From: Oculina patagonica | Lineage: Eukaryota | NCBI RefSeq assembly: GCF_052425735.1 | Contig: NC_135759.1 | Coordinates: 16,554,001-16,618,000, forward strand | Length of the DNA: 64,000 nt | Direction: 5' to 3' | Shown: in pieces, positions 1-12,300 of the stretch | Numbering within the stretch: the stretch's first letter is position 1 | How the letters are laid out: every line of letters begins with the position of its first letter | Notes under the pieces: generated by a model | What the model was told of the DNA's origin: nothing | The model's database searches: none | What the model saw: the letters and a program-made list of their open reading frames with translations, nothing else | Translations under genes and position numbers: made by a program

Positions 1-306
1 TCATAATTTCGTTATTATATTACCAAATTTGATTTTGTGACAGGATATCAATAAATCAAACGTTCCATTCTGGTGGAATTTTGAGTCTTTTCATCATATT
101 TTTTTTTCCTTTTTAGTTGATATTTCTTTGCTTTCGCCAAATTTTGGTGTGTTTTTTTTTCTTTCTATGGCAAGATTATCAATATATCAGCCACCGGGGA
201 CAATGTATTTTCCCACCGTTTGATATCGATAACTAATGGTAGAGTTTCTAAACTATACTTTTCCAAGACTGTGAGGGGAGACATTGCTTTGTTATCATAA
301 CATTAC

Positions 307-3300
307 CTATATGCATTCGTTTTCTTCCCTTGTGATGCGGCATCAGTACAGGGCCGGCCGTGATTGATGGATTTACTAAAGGTTCGATTCGATACGCCTG
401 GAATAAAGAATAATAATTGTTTTGTAAGTCATCGTTAGCCCAAAAAATTCGAGTACGACAAAAAGTCATTTCAGCACGAATTAATACTTACTACAGGATC
501 AAATGGATGGAAGATGTTGAATAGTCGCGGACAGGTCGGAAGCTGAAAGTTAAGGCCGATTTCATCGACACCTCTGCAGAATGAAAAAAACGTCATTTAA
601 AGACACTTTGAACAGTCTGCTTTTTAATGTCCACTGTGTATACGAAAATAAACTGTGGTAGCTTCCCCTATTTCAAAATCAGTCACTGGGGTTAAAAGCC
701 GTAGCAAAATTGCGGTATGTGACGGAGTGGGGCCTTGCGTGTTCTCAAGTTCTCTTCTTCCACATTTGAGCCTAGTCTGTGCCCTTGCAACAACGACAAG
801 CTTATCCATGAAGAACGCCAAAAGCATGCTTAGAGATTCGTATGAAACAACAAGGAGTATTGCTAATGCTCAGTTATGGAATAATATTTTATCACGGGGG
901 CTAGGTTCTGTCAAGTTGTCCTGGATGCTGAGAGACACTGTCAGAGTTACGTATCTTGAACAAGAACACAACACAATGGCCCCGACTCGAACCTGTGCCT
1001 CTCATTCCGACGTCCAGGGCACCAACCATTAGGCCACCGCACCTACGACATACTCTGTACAAGACTGTCACTAAACTAACATAAATCAAACTTAAACGTG
1101 CGTGGCCTCAAAACTGTCTGTTTTCTAATTTCATCGAGTTTTTTCCATTTCTGATATTCTTCAAGTAATAGCCCGTACGTTAGCAGTTAATCAAATATAA
1201 ATTTCTCCGCAAAGTACCACAACACAATCCATTGTAAAGGTCACAAACATTTTCAGATTGTTTTTTATACAATAACCTACAGTGGATTTTCAGTCATTTT
1301 TTGTCAATCAGCTACAATACTTCAAGAAAATTTTTCTTTTTAGCAAATATCTGTGGATTTTCAGTAAGTTTTCATTTTAATAACTATTAAAGGAATAGTG
1401 TCCACGCTAATTATCGAAACTGAGTTCTCTTTCATAATTTTCATATTACATTGCCAAATGCCACCGTTCGCACCATACGCAATAGCCCACTTGCAAAAAG
1501 AGTGGGAGCCTGGGGCAAGGGTAGACGCGCGCTGAGTTGTGGGATCGTTTGGGGGGAGCACAACTGCTTTCTTCTCTTGGAACTCTGTAAAACGTCACGT
1601 CAGAAAAATTGTTTGAGTTGTTTGTGCACAAGGGCACACAACAACCCACACCTTTTGGCATCTTTCAAACCTTTCGTGATCTGCCATAATTTCTTTTGTT
1701 TACAATTTCGTGCGCCCCCAAACGATCCCACAACTCAGTGCGCGTCTACCCTTGCCCCAGGCCACCACTCTTTTTGCAAGTGGGCTATACCAAGAAACTG
1801 CCCAGTACCGAGTAGTTGCTGGTACTAAATGAACAACATTTTCGTACCTTACAGTTTGAAACATTCCTATAGGGGAGCCCAATGCAAACAGAGCGTAAAA
1901 TTTCAGATCCAGCTGTGGATACTCCACGTAAGGCTGCCCGGTCCCTGCTAATCCTTGTTGATAAACGACTTCCACACTTGCAACAGAAGCTAAAGATAAT
2001 GAATCTATTCCTAGGTCTGGCTTCGCTAAAACTGTGGATGACGTCACTTCTGGGCTGGAAATGGTTTGTTCTTTTGTTGCTGCGTCTTTTGACTTTTGTC
2101 GTTCAGCTTTTGCCTTAGCTTTCGCTTCCGCTCTAGCCTTTTTAATCTCTTCTCTCTCGAGTTTTCTTTTTTCCTGCAACATAAAGATAGAGAGCCTTTC
2201 AGCTAAGTGATTATTACAGTTTTATCTTTGTTTAAATCGATTGGTGTCACATATTGAGTAGCAAAACGCAAGACTAGTGCAAAAAATATCGATAGCCGTT
2301 TTGTAAAACCTACCATATTTAGTTTCTGATTTCTCAGGTAACCCATTAGTTTCTTTCTCGGTCCCATGGGAATACCCATCTCTTTCATGTCCTCCTCGCC
2401 ACACAGCAACTGGAATACACAACAACAACAAAATTGGATTGCTTAAAGAGACAGTGTCACGAGAAGTCTTCTAGGTTTTAGCGTACAATTATGAACCGCG
2501 AGGGTGCACTCACTTATCAACAAAGTAACCCCTGAACAATAAAAGAAGGGAACAAATCCATTGTCCAAGATATGAGAAAAACAAAATCAACGATTTTTAA
2601 GTGATTTTTTCCCTTCATGGGAGGCGCGGTGGCCTAATGTTTAGTGCGCCGGACTCCGGATCGAGCGGTCCGAGTTCGAGCATCCGGCCAGGGTCACTTG
2701 TGTTGTGTTCTTGGGCAAGACACTTTACTCTCATAGTGCCTCTCTCCACCCAGGTGTATAAATGGGTACCGGCGACATAATGCTGGGGGGGAACCCTGCA
2801 ATGCCAACCCTGCATCCCATTCAGGGGGGAGTAGAAATATTCCTAGCCGCTTAATGCTACGGAAACCGGGATAAGCTCCGGCTGTATGGGCCACTTGGCT
2901 CGTGGCTTCTCCTTTTAATCCAATTCAGTAACACTGTCATTCTTGAAAACAGTCATTCGGCCACTTCATTGCTATCCGCCTGCAGCCACACCAATTTTTA
3001 ACAATTTTTATGACTAGCACAGTGCATTTTATAAGTGGATTTCCAATTGATACCAACACCTTCATTGGTTTTTCAAGTAGTGCTAAATCTTGGCGGTGAC
3101 ACTGGCCCCTTTAATTGACATTTGACTGTTGATGCGAATTCAAAAAGTTCAAAAGCCAGCAAAGATTACAAAAACAGCACTTGTCAAATATCAGGAGTCT
3201 GTTAGGAATACAAGTTCCAGTTGTTCAAAGGATAAATAACGCTATTCACCGAACAATTCACTATCCAGTGGATAGGGTAACGTGTTTTGTCAACGCTTAT

Positions 3301-6300
3301 TTACTATTTAGCGATTTACTCAGTGGACAGAGTGATCCACCCTTTGAACAACCGAGGACAGACGGGTCAGTAATGATAGCGGATGAATGGAATTGATAAA
3401 AGTGCTTCCCAAAAATAGGGGGCTTTGAGTATCGTAGTGTAGTTCGTTCCTTTAACTGTTTATCAACGTACAAATGTCTCCATGTCCATTTCTTCAGATT
3501 CGAACAGCCCCACATATTCAGGTAGACCGAGCTGTGTTAGTGCATCTCCGAGAGCTGGGTACGACTCATCTTCGTCATCATCAGATTGCTCGTCCAACTC
3601 AGCCTGTGTCGTGTCGTTATTGTCGGGGGATGGGCCATCTGTGTTCAACGTTTCACTGGAAACAACAAAATGAATTAACAATTCCACGCTATTCAGCAGT
3701 ATAACGATGCTGGGATCATTTCAGGGCGCTATTCGTGATACCAATTACACCAATTTTACAAACGCTTACTGTAACTTATAAATATTCTAGCCGATCATTC
3801 GATCGAGAAATAACTACAACAAAATGATTCTAGGTGCGAAACCATTCAAATGAAAATAAGTTTGATTTGCATGAAGATGGACCTGTAAGTGAAACTATTT
3901 TCAGATGAAGTTTCGCACATACCTGTAGACTCGTTTTGAAACAGAGGCAAAGGGTAACTCGGACATGGCCTATTTAACAGAGAAAAAAAAAACTAAGAAA
4001 AGAGCAATTCAGAATAAAACTTACTTCACTTGTTCCATAAGAGGTTGCTTTGTTAAAGGAATTTTGCAGCCGCGCTGATCTTTCTAAAGTAAAAATGAAA
4101 ATAAGGTCATCATGTGAGACCACAGTCGTAAGATAAACGTTTTACTTACAGTCAAACCGGATGTTCTTTTGATGGGAACTTTGCAATGTTCGGCGCAATG
4201 TTCCAATATTGATTGACAGTTTGCTCGTCGTAACTTGCAACTTTCAATTCAAATTTGCTCGAGCAAGTTGCCAAGTTCCGGTTTTCATTTTGCCGTATAA
4301 AACGAGATTGTACCACCTTTGTTTCAAAGAAACCGAAAATAATTGTCCCTTATTCGACTGTTCATCAACAGAATGCGAGAAATAAGCGACAGGCTTAGTT
4401 TACATTGCTAAGTTAGGAATTACGCTTCAAAATTACAAACGTAGGCCGTAACTTGCGGAGCAAATTTGAATTTTTAAGCGAAATTCAAAGTTTGGCGATT
4501 TCAACTAAGCCTGTCGCTAATCTATCGCAGTCTGATGATAAGCAGTCGACCATAGGACAATTATTTCATCCTTCTTTGAGACAGAGGTCGAATTATTATG
4601 TTTCATACGGGAAAAATGAAAACCGGAACTTGGCAACTTGCTCAGGCAAATTTGAATTGAAAGTTGTAAGTTGCGACCAGCAAACTGTCAATCAATATTG
4701 GAACATTGCGCCGCAACATTTCAAAGTTCCCATCAAAAGAACATCCGGTTTGACTGTAATGTACCACAGCGGCTAACATCTAGTTTTGTTAATTAAAGGT
4801 TTTGAACAACATCAAATATGTTGTTCACCAAAATGAACGTCTTGTTCAACTAAAGGGGAAAAACACAACAAATCAAAATTTTAAATACATTCAAATACCT
4901 GATGCTGCAGAATGTCAAACAAAATACTTGAACCTAAAAGAAAAATTAAAAAAAAACGTGTCAGAAATGAACAACCTCAGCTTGTTTGTTCGCATTTTGG
5001 TCTTTTCAACAAGGAGTGAAAGACATGGGATTGTTATCTTTTGGGTGGGTGGGTGCGTGTATACCACGCGCGGTATTCTCGAGCTGGCGAACAGGAAGTA
5101 GAAGCCAACTAATCACCACAATTATTGCATAAAATTTAAGGATTTCTCGTCTTACCTAAACTGTGTCCACAGACTGAATATTTTCCATTAAACACAGGAT
5201 TCCTTTTCTTGAAGATTTCCAACAGTCGCTTTATGTCGTCACCTACTGTGTTAACAATGTTCTGTGGAAAAGAAAAACAGATCCAAGTCAAAATTGAATA
5301 GATATATTCCTTGGTTTGCCATACGTTTATTTTAATGTAAGTTTTGAGAAGTTGCTGACACATCAAGAGAATACCCCCCTCCCCCCTCCCCCCCCTCCTC
5401 GTCACTTGTCTATTTGACAATGTAGTAAAAATGTAAGGAGAAATATAATGTCGGTCACTTTTAAGAATAAAAGGGTTTAAATGTCACATAACGATGGAAC
5501 AAATGCAATGCCACTGAAAACACGCCAAAGCTTCCTTAACTTTTAAATTTCAAGCAACTTTACTGCCATCGATCATTCCAACGCATGTATTTCGTAGAAC
5601 TTTGGTGATGATGTATCCTAAGAAATTACAAATTAGCACAACTCACTTGACAATATGTAGGACTTGTGTAAAACAGAATATCAACAAGAGTGCTGTTTGT
5701 AAACTCTCTCAAGCGACGTATACTGCTCAAAGAGATGGACTGAAGTCTTCTGCAGGGAAAGACCAAATACACACTGTTTTCAGTTTATAGAACCTTCAAA
5801 ACCAAACAGCATGTTCTGCTTCTATTGCACTCTCAAACCTCGTCTGTTGAATGGGGTGACCTATCAGCAGAATAATTTGGCTCATTCTTTTTTTAACAGC
5901 TCCTATTAATAAACTTACTCGTCTACTCCAGTAGAGTCGTTGTGAAGTCTAGAGTGCCACTGCACTGGAAGGAACTCCAATCTTCCTATAGCTCGACCCC
6001 TGGACAGCTCCTCATGGTGATCAAACAACATTTGAAGACTCACCTTCCGCAAATCGTTAACTGCAAGCATGAAAATAAGAAAGTAGTGAATAATATGAAC
6101 AATGAACTCTCTAAATTTTCTCTCTAAATAAGCAATCTACTTCTGACATTTCCAGATATAGACTCACAAATTTTCTCTAAGACTTCGAATTTCGACTCCA
6201 TGCTTATTAGCACATAAGCAAATCCTTGTTAATGATTTTGTTGTTTGCATCTTAGGCGCACCACACACTCACAGTGCAAAAACATGACCGTTTCGATCAC

Positions 6301-9300
6301 TGCTCATTAAATGTGATGGTTCAACAGCAAACTTAAGACAAGTTATACAGGCTAGAAAGTTAACGTACAATGCGTACAATTTCAAGAGTTTACTGACTAC
6401 CTTATTATAGGAAATTAACGCTTGTGTTAATTAAGGTGTTTGAAATTAACGCGACTTAAATTAACGCGAACTGAAGGAAAAATTACTTCCCAATAAAGGA
6501 AATTAACGCGAAAGAGGGGGTAACATTTCAAAATGAAGGAAATTAACGCGACGTACACAACAGGAACAAGTTTGTTCAACACTTGTAGGCGTATAATCTT
6601 AAAAGAAAACAATGTTCGTGGTACTTTTCCCACTTTGAGCGTTCTTCGCAGTATCAATGATAGTGGCAGATAAAATTATGCTTTTTCTTTAAGTCCAGAA
6701 CATCTGGACTGTAACGAAAAATTTGGTCCAAAATAATGGAAATTAACGCTCCACTTAATTAACGGCGCGGAAATTAACGTTAACAAAAATTAACGCGACT
6801 TAAATTAACGCGAAAAATGGAAATTCGCGTTAATTTCATGACGCCTTAATTTCCTATAATAAGGTAATCACTAACTTTATGGCCACTAAAACACACTTTT
6901 AGACCCAATTTTACTGTTTCAAATCATTTTACCTTGGTGTTTTGCTGTGCATGCCATGTTTACCCCATTTATAACAAGGCAGATTTTATGATTTAAAGTC
7001 TATTTACAGCTGTAGCTCAAATGACTTGAGAGTATAGTTAAGTGCGGTGGAGCAGTACATTTGTACCTACCACATTCAATAATGCTTCTAAAGTTCAAGT
7101 CTGCAATTGGCCCAATGCCATGAACAACAAAAATCAGATGATCAATTTGAGCAGGTTCACCTGAAAAAATAATTTAGCAATGTGTGATTAAGTAGTAAAG
7201 ATGTACATTTTGATAACTTCCAGCTTTTACTTGCTTAAAAGATCTGATTAGACGGTTAAACATCCTTTCAAGGTAATCAATTTATAATTTGACAGGACTG
7301 TCTCTTGGAGGTCATCTCAGTTTTAGGTGAATGTCATGTATTTTTTTAGGTCTTAAAGTCTTTTTGATTGGATAAATCAGTATCGAGGTGCTAGGTCTTG
7401 TACTTTTTGGGGTAGAAAATTTTGATGCCAGGTATTTTTTTGGGTGTAAAATTTCAGGCTCATGTATTTTTTTGGGTTCGCAATATAAAGCTCCGTCGGA
7501 CCCCCCCCCCCGTCATGTATACTGCAAGTACCCCCCCTGGGCATCCAAAAGGATACCAATCGCAACGTAGTTGTGGTCACCTTGTCACCTTTTTACCTTG
7601 AGACTACCTATCTCTGTCAAGGTAAAAAATCTCGATGATTTGGTAAGTGCAGAATGCACTATGGAACAATTGAAAGTATGATGTTTTATATATGTTCGTG
7701 TTTATTTGCTTTATTTTACTTTCGGAAAAACTGTTCACAGGCTACTTTCCCAGGTGTTCCTTACACTAATCTTTGCAACCGTAACACGACACTTTTGTTC
7801 GTTTGTAACAAAATACTTTTGTCTTCCTTGAAAATGCGATAACATGAAACTTTTGTTTTTTGTTTGTTTTACGGCGGCATCGATGACATTTGTTTAATTT
7901 AATTAAGTCACGGTTTAGACTGCACGAAAGACGATTCTCAAAAACTAAAGAAACAAATCTAATCAAAAAACATATTTTTCGACAGGTTTTTTAAAACGCA
8001 GTACAGCTAGGATATTTGTTTCCTGGTTATCAGGTGTTCACGCCAAAAATCCCGGTGCAAGTTTTTGCATACCTAATTACGAAAGCGCTGTGAAAGTCTC
8101 AAAATCTAATTTAATTAATTTGCGGTTTTTACTTGGCGCCAAGAAGTCTGCAGCCTACCGCAAACACGCAGTACAAGCGATGTTCATGATAGTTCCAGAA
8201 AACAACGTAGACTAATCTGCGAATGCGTTTGGTGTAAATTATGTTGAGTAGTACCACAAGGAGAGCAAAGGTTTTATTGAAACAAATATATACCTTGGAG
8301 ATCCTCATATAAAAGTAACGTAGATGTGCTCCACGTTTTACTTGGGGGGTATGGTCAGGTGCTCCCACCCCAACCCCCTCCACAGGAATAATTAATTAAT
8401 TGATATTAATTAATTAATTGACTATTAAAGTTTACACGTTAGCGCACTAGCGGGTTAGCGGACGACAGCCCAAACAAACCATCACAATAGTGCATTCTGC
8501 ACTAAAAATGGCTTATTTGAAGAGTATGTCACATCAGTGCTAGCTGATTTTTATGCGGGTACTCTATCCAGGTCGAAGAGGGAGGAAAACCAGAGAACCC
8601 GATAAAAACTTTGGAGCAAGGTGAGAACCAACAACAAACTCAACCCACGTATGGTACCAGGCCACATTGGTGGGAGGTGAGCACTCTCACCACTGGGCCA
8701 ACCCTGCCCTCCTAGGTGTTCATGAAGAGAGATTTCATCATGCACCTAGTTGTACAGGGCATTTAATTAACAATCACTTTGACAAAGAAATGTTCTAATA
8801 TATAGCGCCTAATTAACCTACCATCATCAATTTCATCTTCGATGTCGGCCACTCCTCGCCTGACAACCTTTGGCCTTGCTACCGTGTCCTCTCCACTCCA
8901 ATTTTCTGACTCATTGTTTGGCATAAAGTGCACCATGACGTTTGTATTATGCATCATAATGTACTCGCCATCTGATAATTCCACCCTGCGAGGCCACTTG
9001 TTTGCACGAAATGCCGAAAGAAATTCCGCCTGAAATAAACACATGAAAAGATGCCTCTTAAAAAACATTCCAAGAGCAGTCATTTGTGCCAAAAATAAAC
9101 TGTTCAAGAAGTGTTTATAAGTGGAAACATGCTTCATAAAATAGCTTGGATTCTTGCAGGTATCTATCTCATAGTAAAAGCTATTATTTACCAGTACCAG
9201 AGTGTAAAGAATAAAAGGTAAGCGGTCAATGTCAACTGACTCTTTTGGATGAGAGTGAATAAAAAATGCTGTCTTAGCCTCACTCCCTTGCAATTTTATA

Positions 9301-12300
9301 AAAGGAATAAAACCTCTGTTTCTATGTCTTCATATTCTGATACACATCATAGCTACATCATTTCCTTCTTCAAGATGATAGATAGATCCCTCAGCTTGCG
9401 CTGTGGCTTGGGTTTTCTCTTGGGGGCAAACTGAGAAGCTATATGTACAATGTACATATACCTCTAAAATTTTATGAAAGCAGTGTTCAAATTTAACAAC
9501 ATACATGTACCAGGACAACCCACAATAGAAGTTGTCTTTTTGATTGGTGTCCATACCAATCTTGCACAAACATCAACCTGATGCTGGCTATAATAATTTG
9601 CAATTTCTTGTTTTATCTAAAACATATACATCAATTAGAAAATAATATACCAAGTAACACAAAAAAATGGAAGCCTTTTCTATCCTCGCTGGATCAAGTC
9701 TCCTGAGCCCTTGAGCGTGTAACCTTAAATGTTAGGGAAAGTAGTGGTAGTACCGTGGCATGCGTTGTATTGTACCGTATTTTCTCGATTAAACGCCGGA
9801 CCCCGATTAAACGCCGGCCTCGTATAAACGCCGGGTCAAAATTGCTAGTTTTAAATAAACGCCGGGGGCGTTTGTTCGAGGTCCCAGCGATTATTTGAGG
9901 TCAAGCTAACAAGTAAATATATTCTGTTTGTCACAAATCTCGATTGCAACATAAACTACCCAATCCGTAATAGTGCACCTTTGGGAAATAATCACCTTTG
10001 GATACCCAGGGACACTTTATCAAGGCAGAACGAAGAGAAAAATCGTCCCGCCTTGACAAACTGCCCCTTGGTCTCGATTATCGGTAACAATAAATCAATC
10101 TGAAAAATTGGCAGAAAATTGCAGTCCGCTAATAAACGCCGGGCCCCGATTAAACGCCGGCTTCAAATAAACGCTGGGTTCGCGAAGCCAAGTTTGAAAT
10201 AAACGCATGGGGCGTTTATTTGAGAAAATACGGTAATTAAATAAAAGAATTGTGTAATGGTATTGTAAGTAAAGTTATAGCGTACTTAGTGCAACTTTTG
10301 TAACTTAAGTTTTTCTTTTCTGTTTAGCATTGTAAGTAGTTTTCTATTCGTAAGCTTTTTGGTTTGTAAGCAATGAATTAAAATAATAATAATAATAATA
10401 ATAATTTGCATGTCAAAGCTCTGGACTGGTCCAAGTAAGATGATCACATTCAATGATGTTGAAGCTTGCATGTACAGTGTACATTGTAGTTAGGTGTATA
10501 AGTAAGAGTGTTTGTCTAGAGGAAGTGTCCTCTGTCCATGTAGCAAAGGTGTGTGTAAGCAAAGACTCTTCCGTATGAACAGTAAAATTTTACATGTAGA
10601 TGTATAGTGACAAAAAAAGTACCTCAAGCCGAGCTGCCATATCTTCCTTATAAGGCACAAGTTTTGACTCGGCATCTCCTTTGTAAAACCATGTGCATCT
10701 CCGCACCACTGATACAGCCTCCTCCCAGTAGATAGGGTATCGCAGCCTTTTGTCAAGGTTGACATCATAACGTCCACCATCAGTGGCAATAATTCTTTCC
10801 CCGTTGGCTGGCGATGTTTTCAAAGCCTGCTCTAGGCTATCAGAATCCATATATGAGAATGGCAACCAAACAGAATTTTCTTTCCTGTAAAACCAATGTG
10901 GTTGAACAGGTTCAACTGTAGCGGGGGGTGTCACACTTGCTGGAATTCCACTTTGTACTTGCTGAGGCGATGCGTGGTTATACTGTGATGAGGATTGAGG
11001 AGAAGTACGTGGTACGAAAGGTGGTGATGTGGACTGGGACAGACTTGATGAGGTTGGTGGAGTCTGGGGCCAACCAGCAGCAGGCTGAGGTGGAGTCTGG
11101 GGCCAGCTGGTTGGAGGCTGAGGTGGCATCTGAGGCAGACTGCTGGAAGGAATAGGTGGAGTCTGAGGCAAGCTGCTCACAGGTGGAGGTGGAGACTGGT
11201 GCCAACTCGCTGCTGATGGAGAAAAAGTCTGGGGAAGATTAGCAGATGGTCTTGGAGGAGTCTGAGACCCAGACCCCACAGCTGGGGGAGGCTGGTAAGG
11301 TGACCTTGAGGCAGGAATCTGGGGACTGGAAAAATTATCTGCTGCACTTTGACTTGTAGTTTCAGGTGTCAAAAAGTCTTCATGACCAGATGATGAGGAA
11401 GACATTGTAAAAAATGAAGAACTTTGGTTCTTTCCCTGTGGTACCCCAGACAAGTCCTTTGGAGTTGATTGAAAGGGTGCTTGAGTCTTCTGCTGTGAAG
11501 ATGGCTGCTGACCAAGAAAACTGTCTACCTCACCAACATGTTCCAAATCTGCTCTGGCTAAAGAAAAAAAAATCCATTTTAATGAAAGTCAGAAACCGTA
11601 ACTTTATTCCTTTAATTGTATCTATTGTACTTGATTCTGATTGGTTCTCTACTTGCCTATTTATTACTATAATGTAACTGGTGCACTATTAACTGGGTCT
11701 CTGTAAAGGTCTCCAACTACAACATTTTTAGTCAGATACCTGTAATGGGAGACCTACACAGGCTTTTAAACAGGATTTAAAAGTGGGAGTCATTACGGAA
11801 ACGCGCCCATTGAAAAGCGTCGCACGGGAAAATGCAAATAAGCTTAAAATTAAACACAGAGCATGCGTAACGTACTGTCGATCAAGTAATCCCCTGTGTA
11901 GGTCGATTTCTCAACCATTGTTTTTGCTAAGACGGCGGAAATAATAGACGGTAATTTGTGGTTAGTCCCGGGAGGCAAACGTAATTGTCAGTCGCCACTA
12001 CTAGACAATTTAGCGATTAGAAATTTGTTGTTTACACCTTTGCTCGGTGAAATTTTCACTCTGTCGATTGCCCTTTCTCTAAACAGTTGTTATCTTTCTT
12101 GTGAAAATGATTTCTAATCGGTTTAAATAAGGTTTCCCGATAAAATGAAAGTAGATAACACGTGCAGCAAATTAAAGCGGCAAATTATTTACAACGCGTG
12201 CCGAAGCGGCGAGAGCCAAGAAATATTCGGTTGCCTTCTTTCCAAAGTGTTTCGCTTTAAACTTAACAATAATTCTCGTCGAAATTTTCGCTACAACAAA

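Noticed and set aside
2619-2690. tRNA gene
   Set aside because: A/B boxes are present but there is no full cloverleaf, and the sequence continues into a SINE body found in several copies.
6400-6864. CRISPR-like repeat array
   Set aside because: Repeats are 10-11 bp, irregularly spaced and inside TIRs in eukaryotic DNA; no cas genes.
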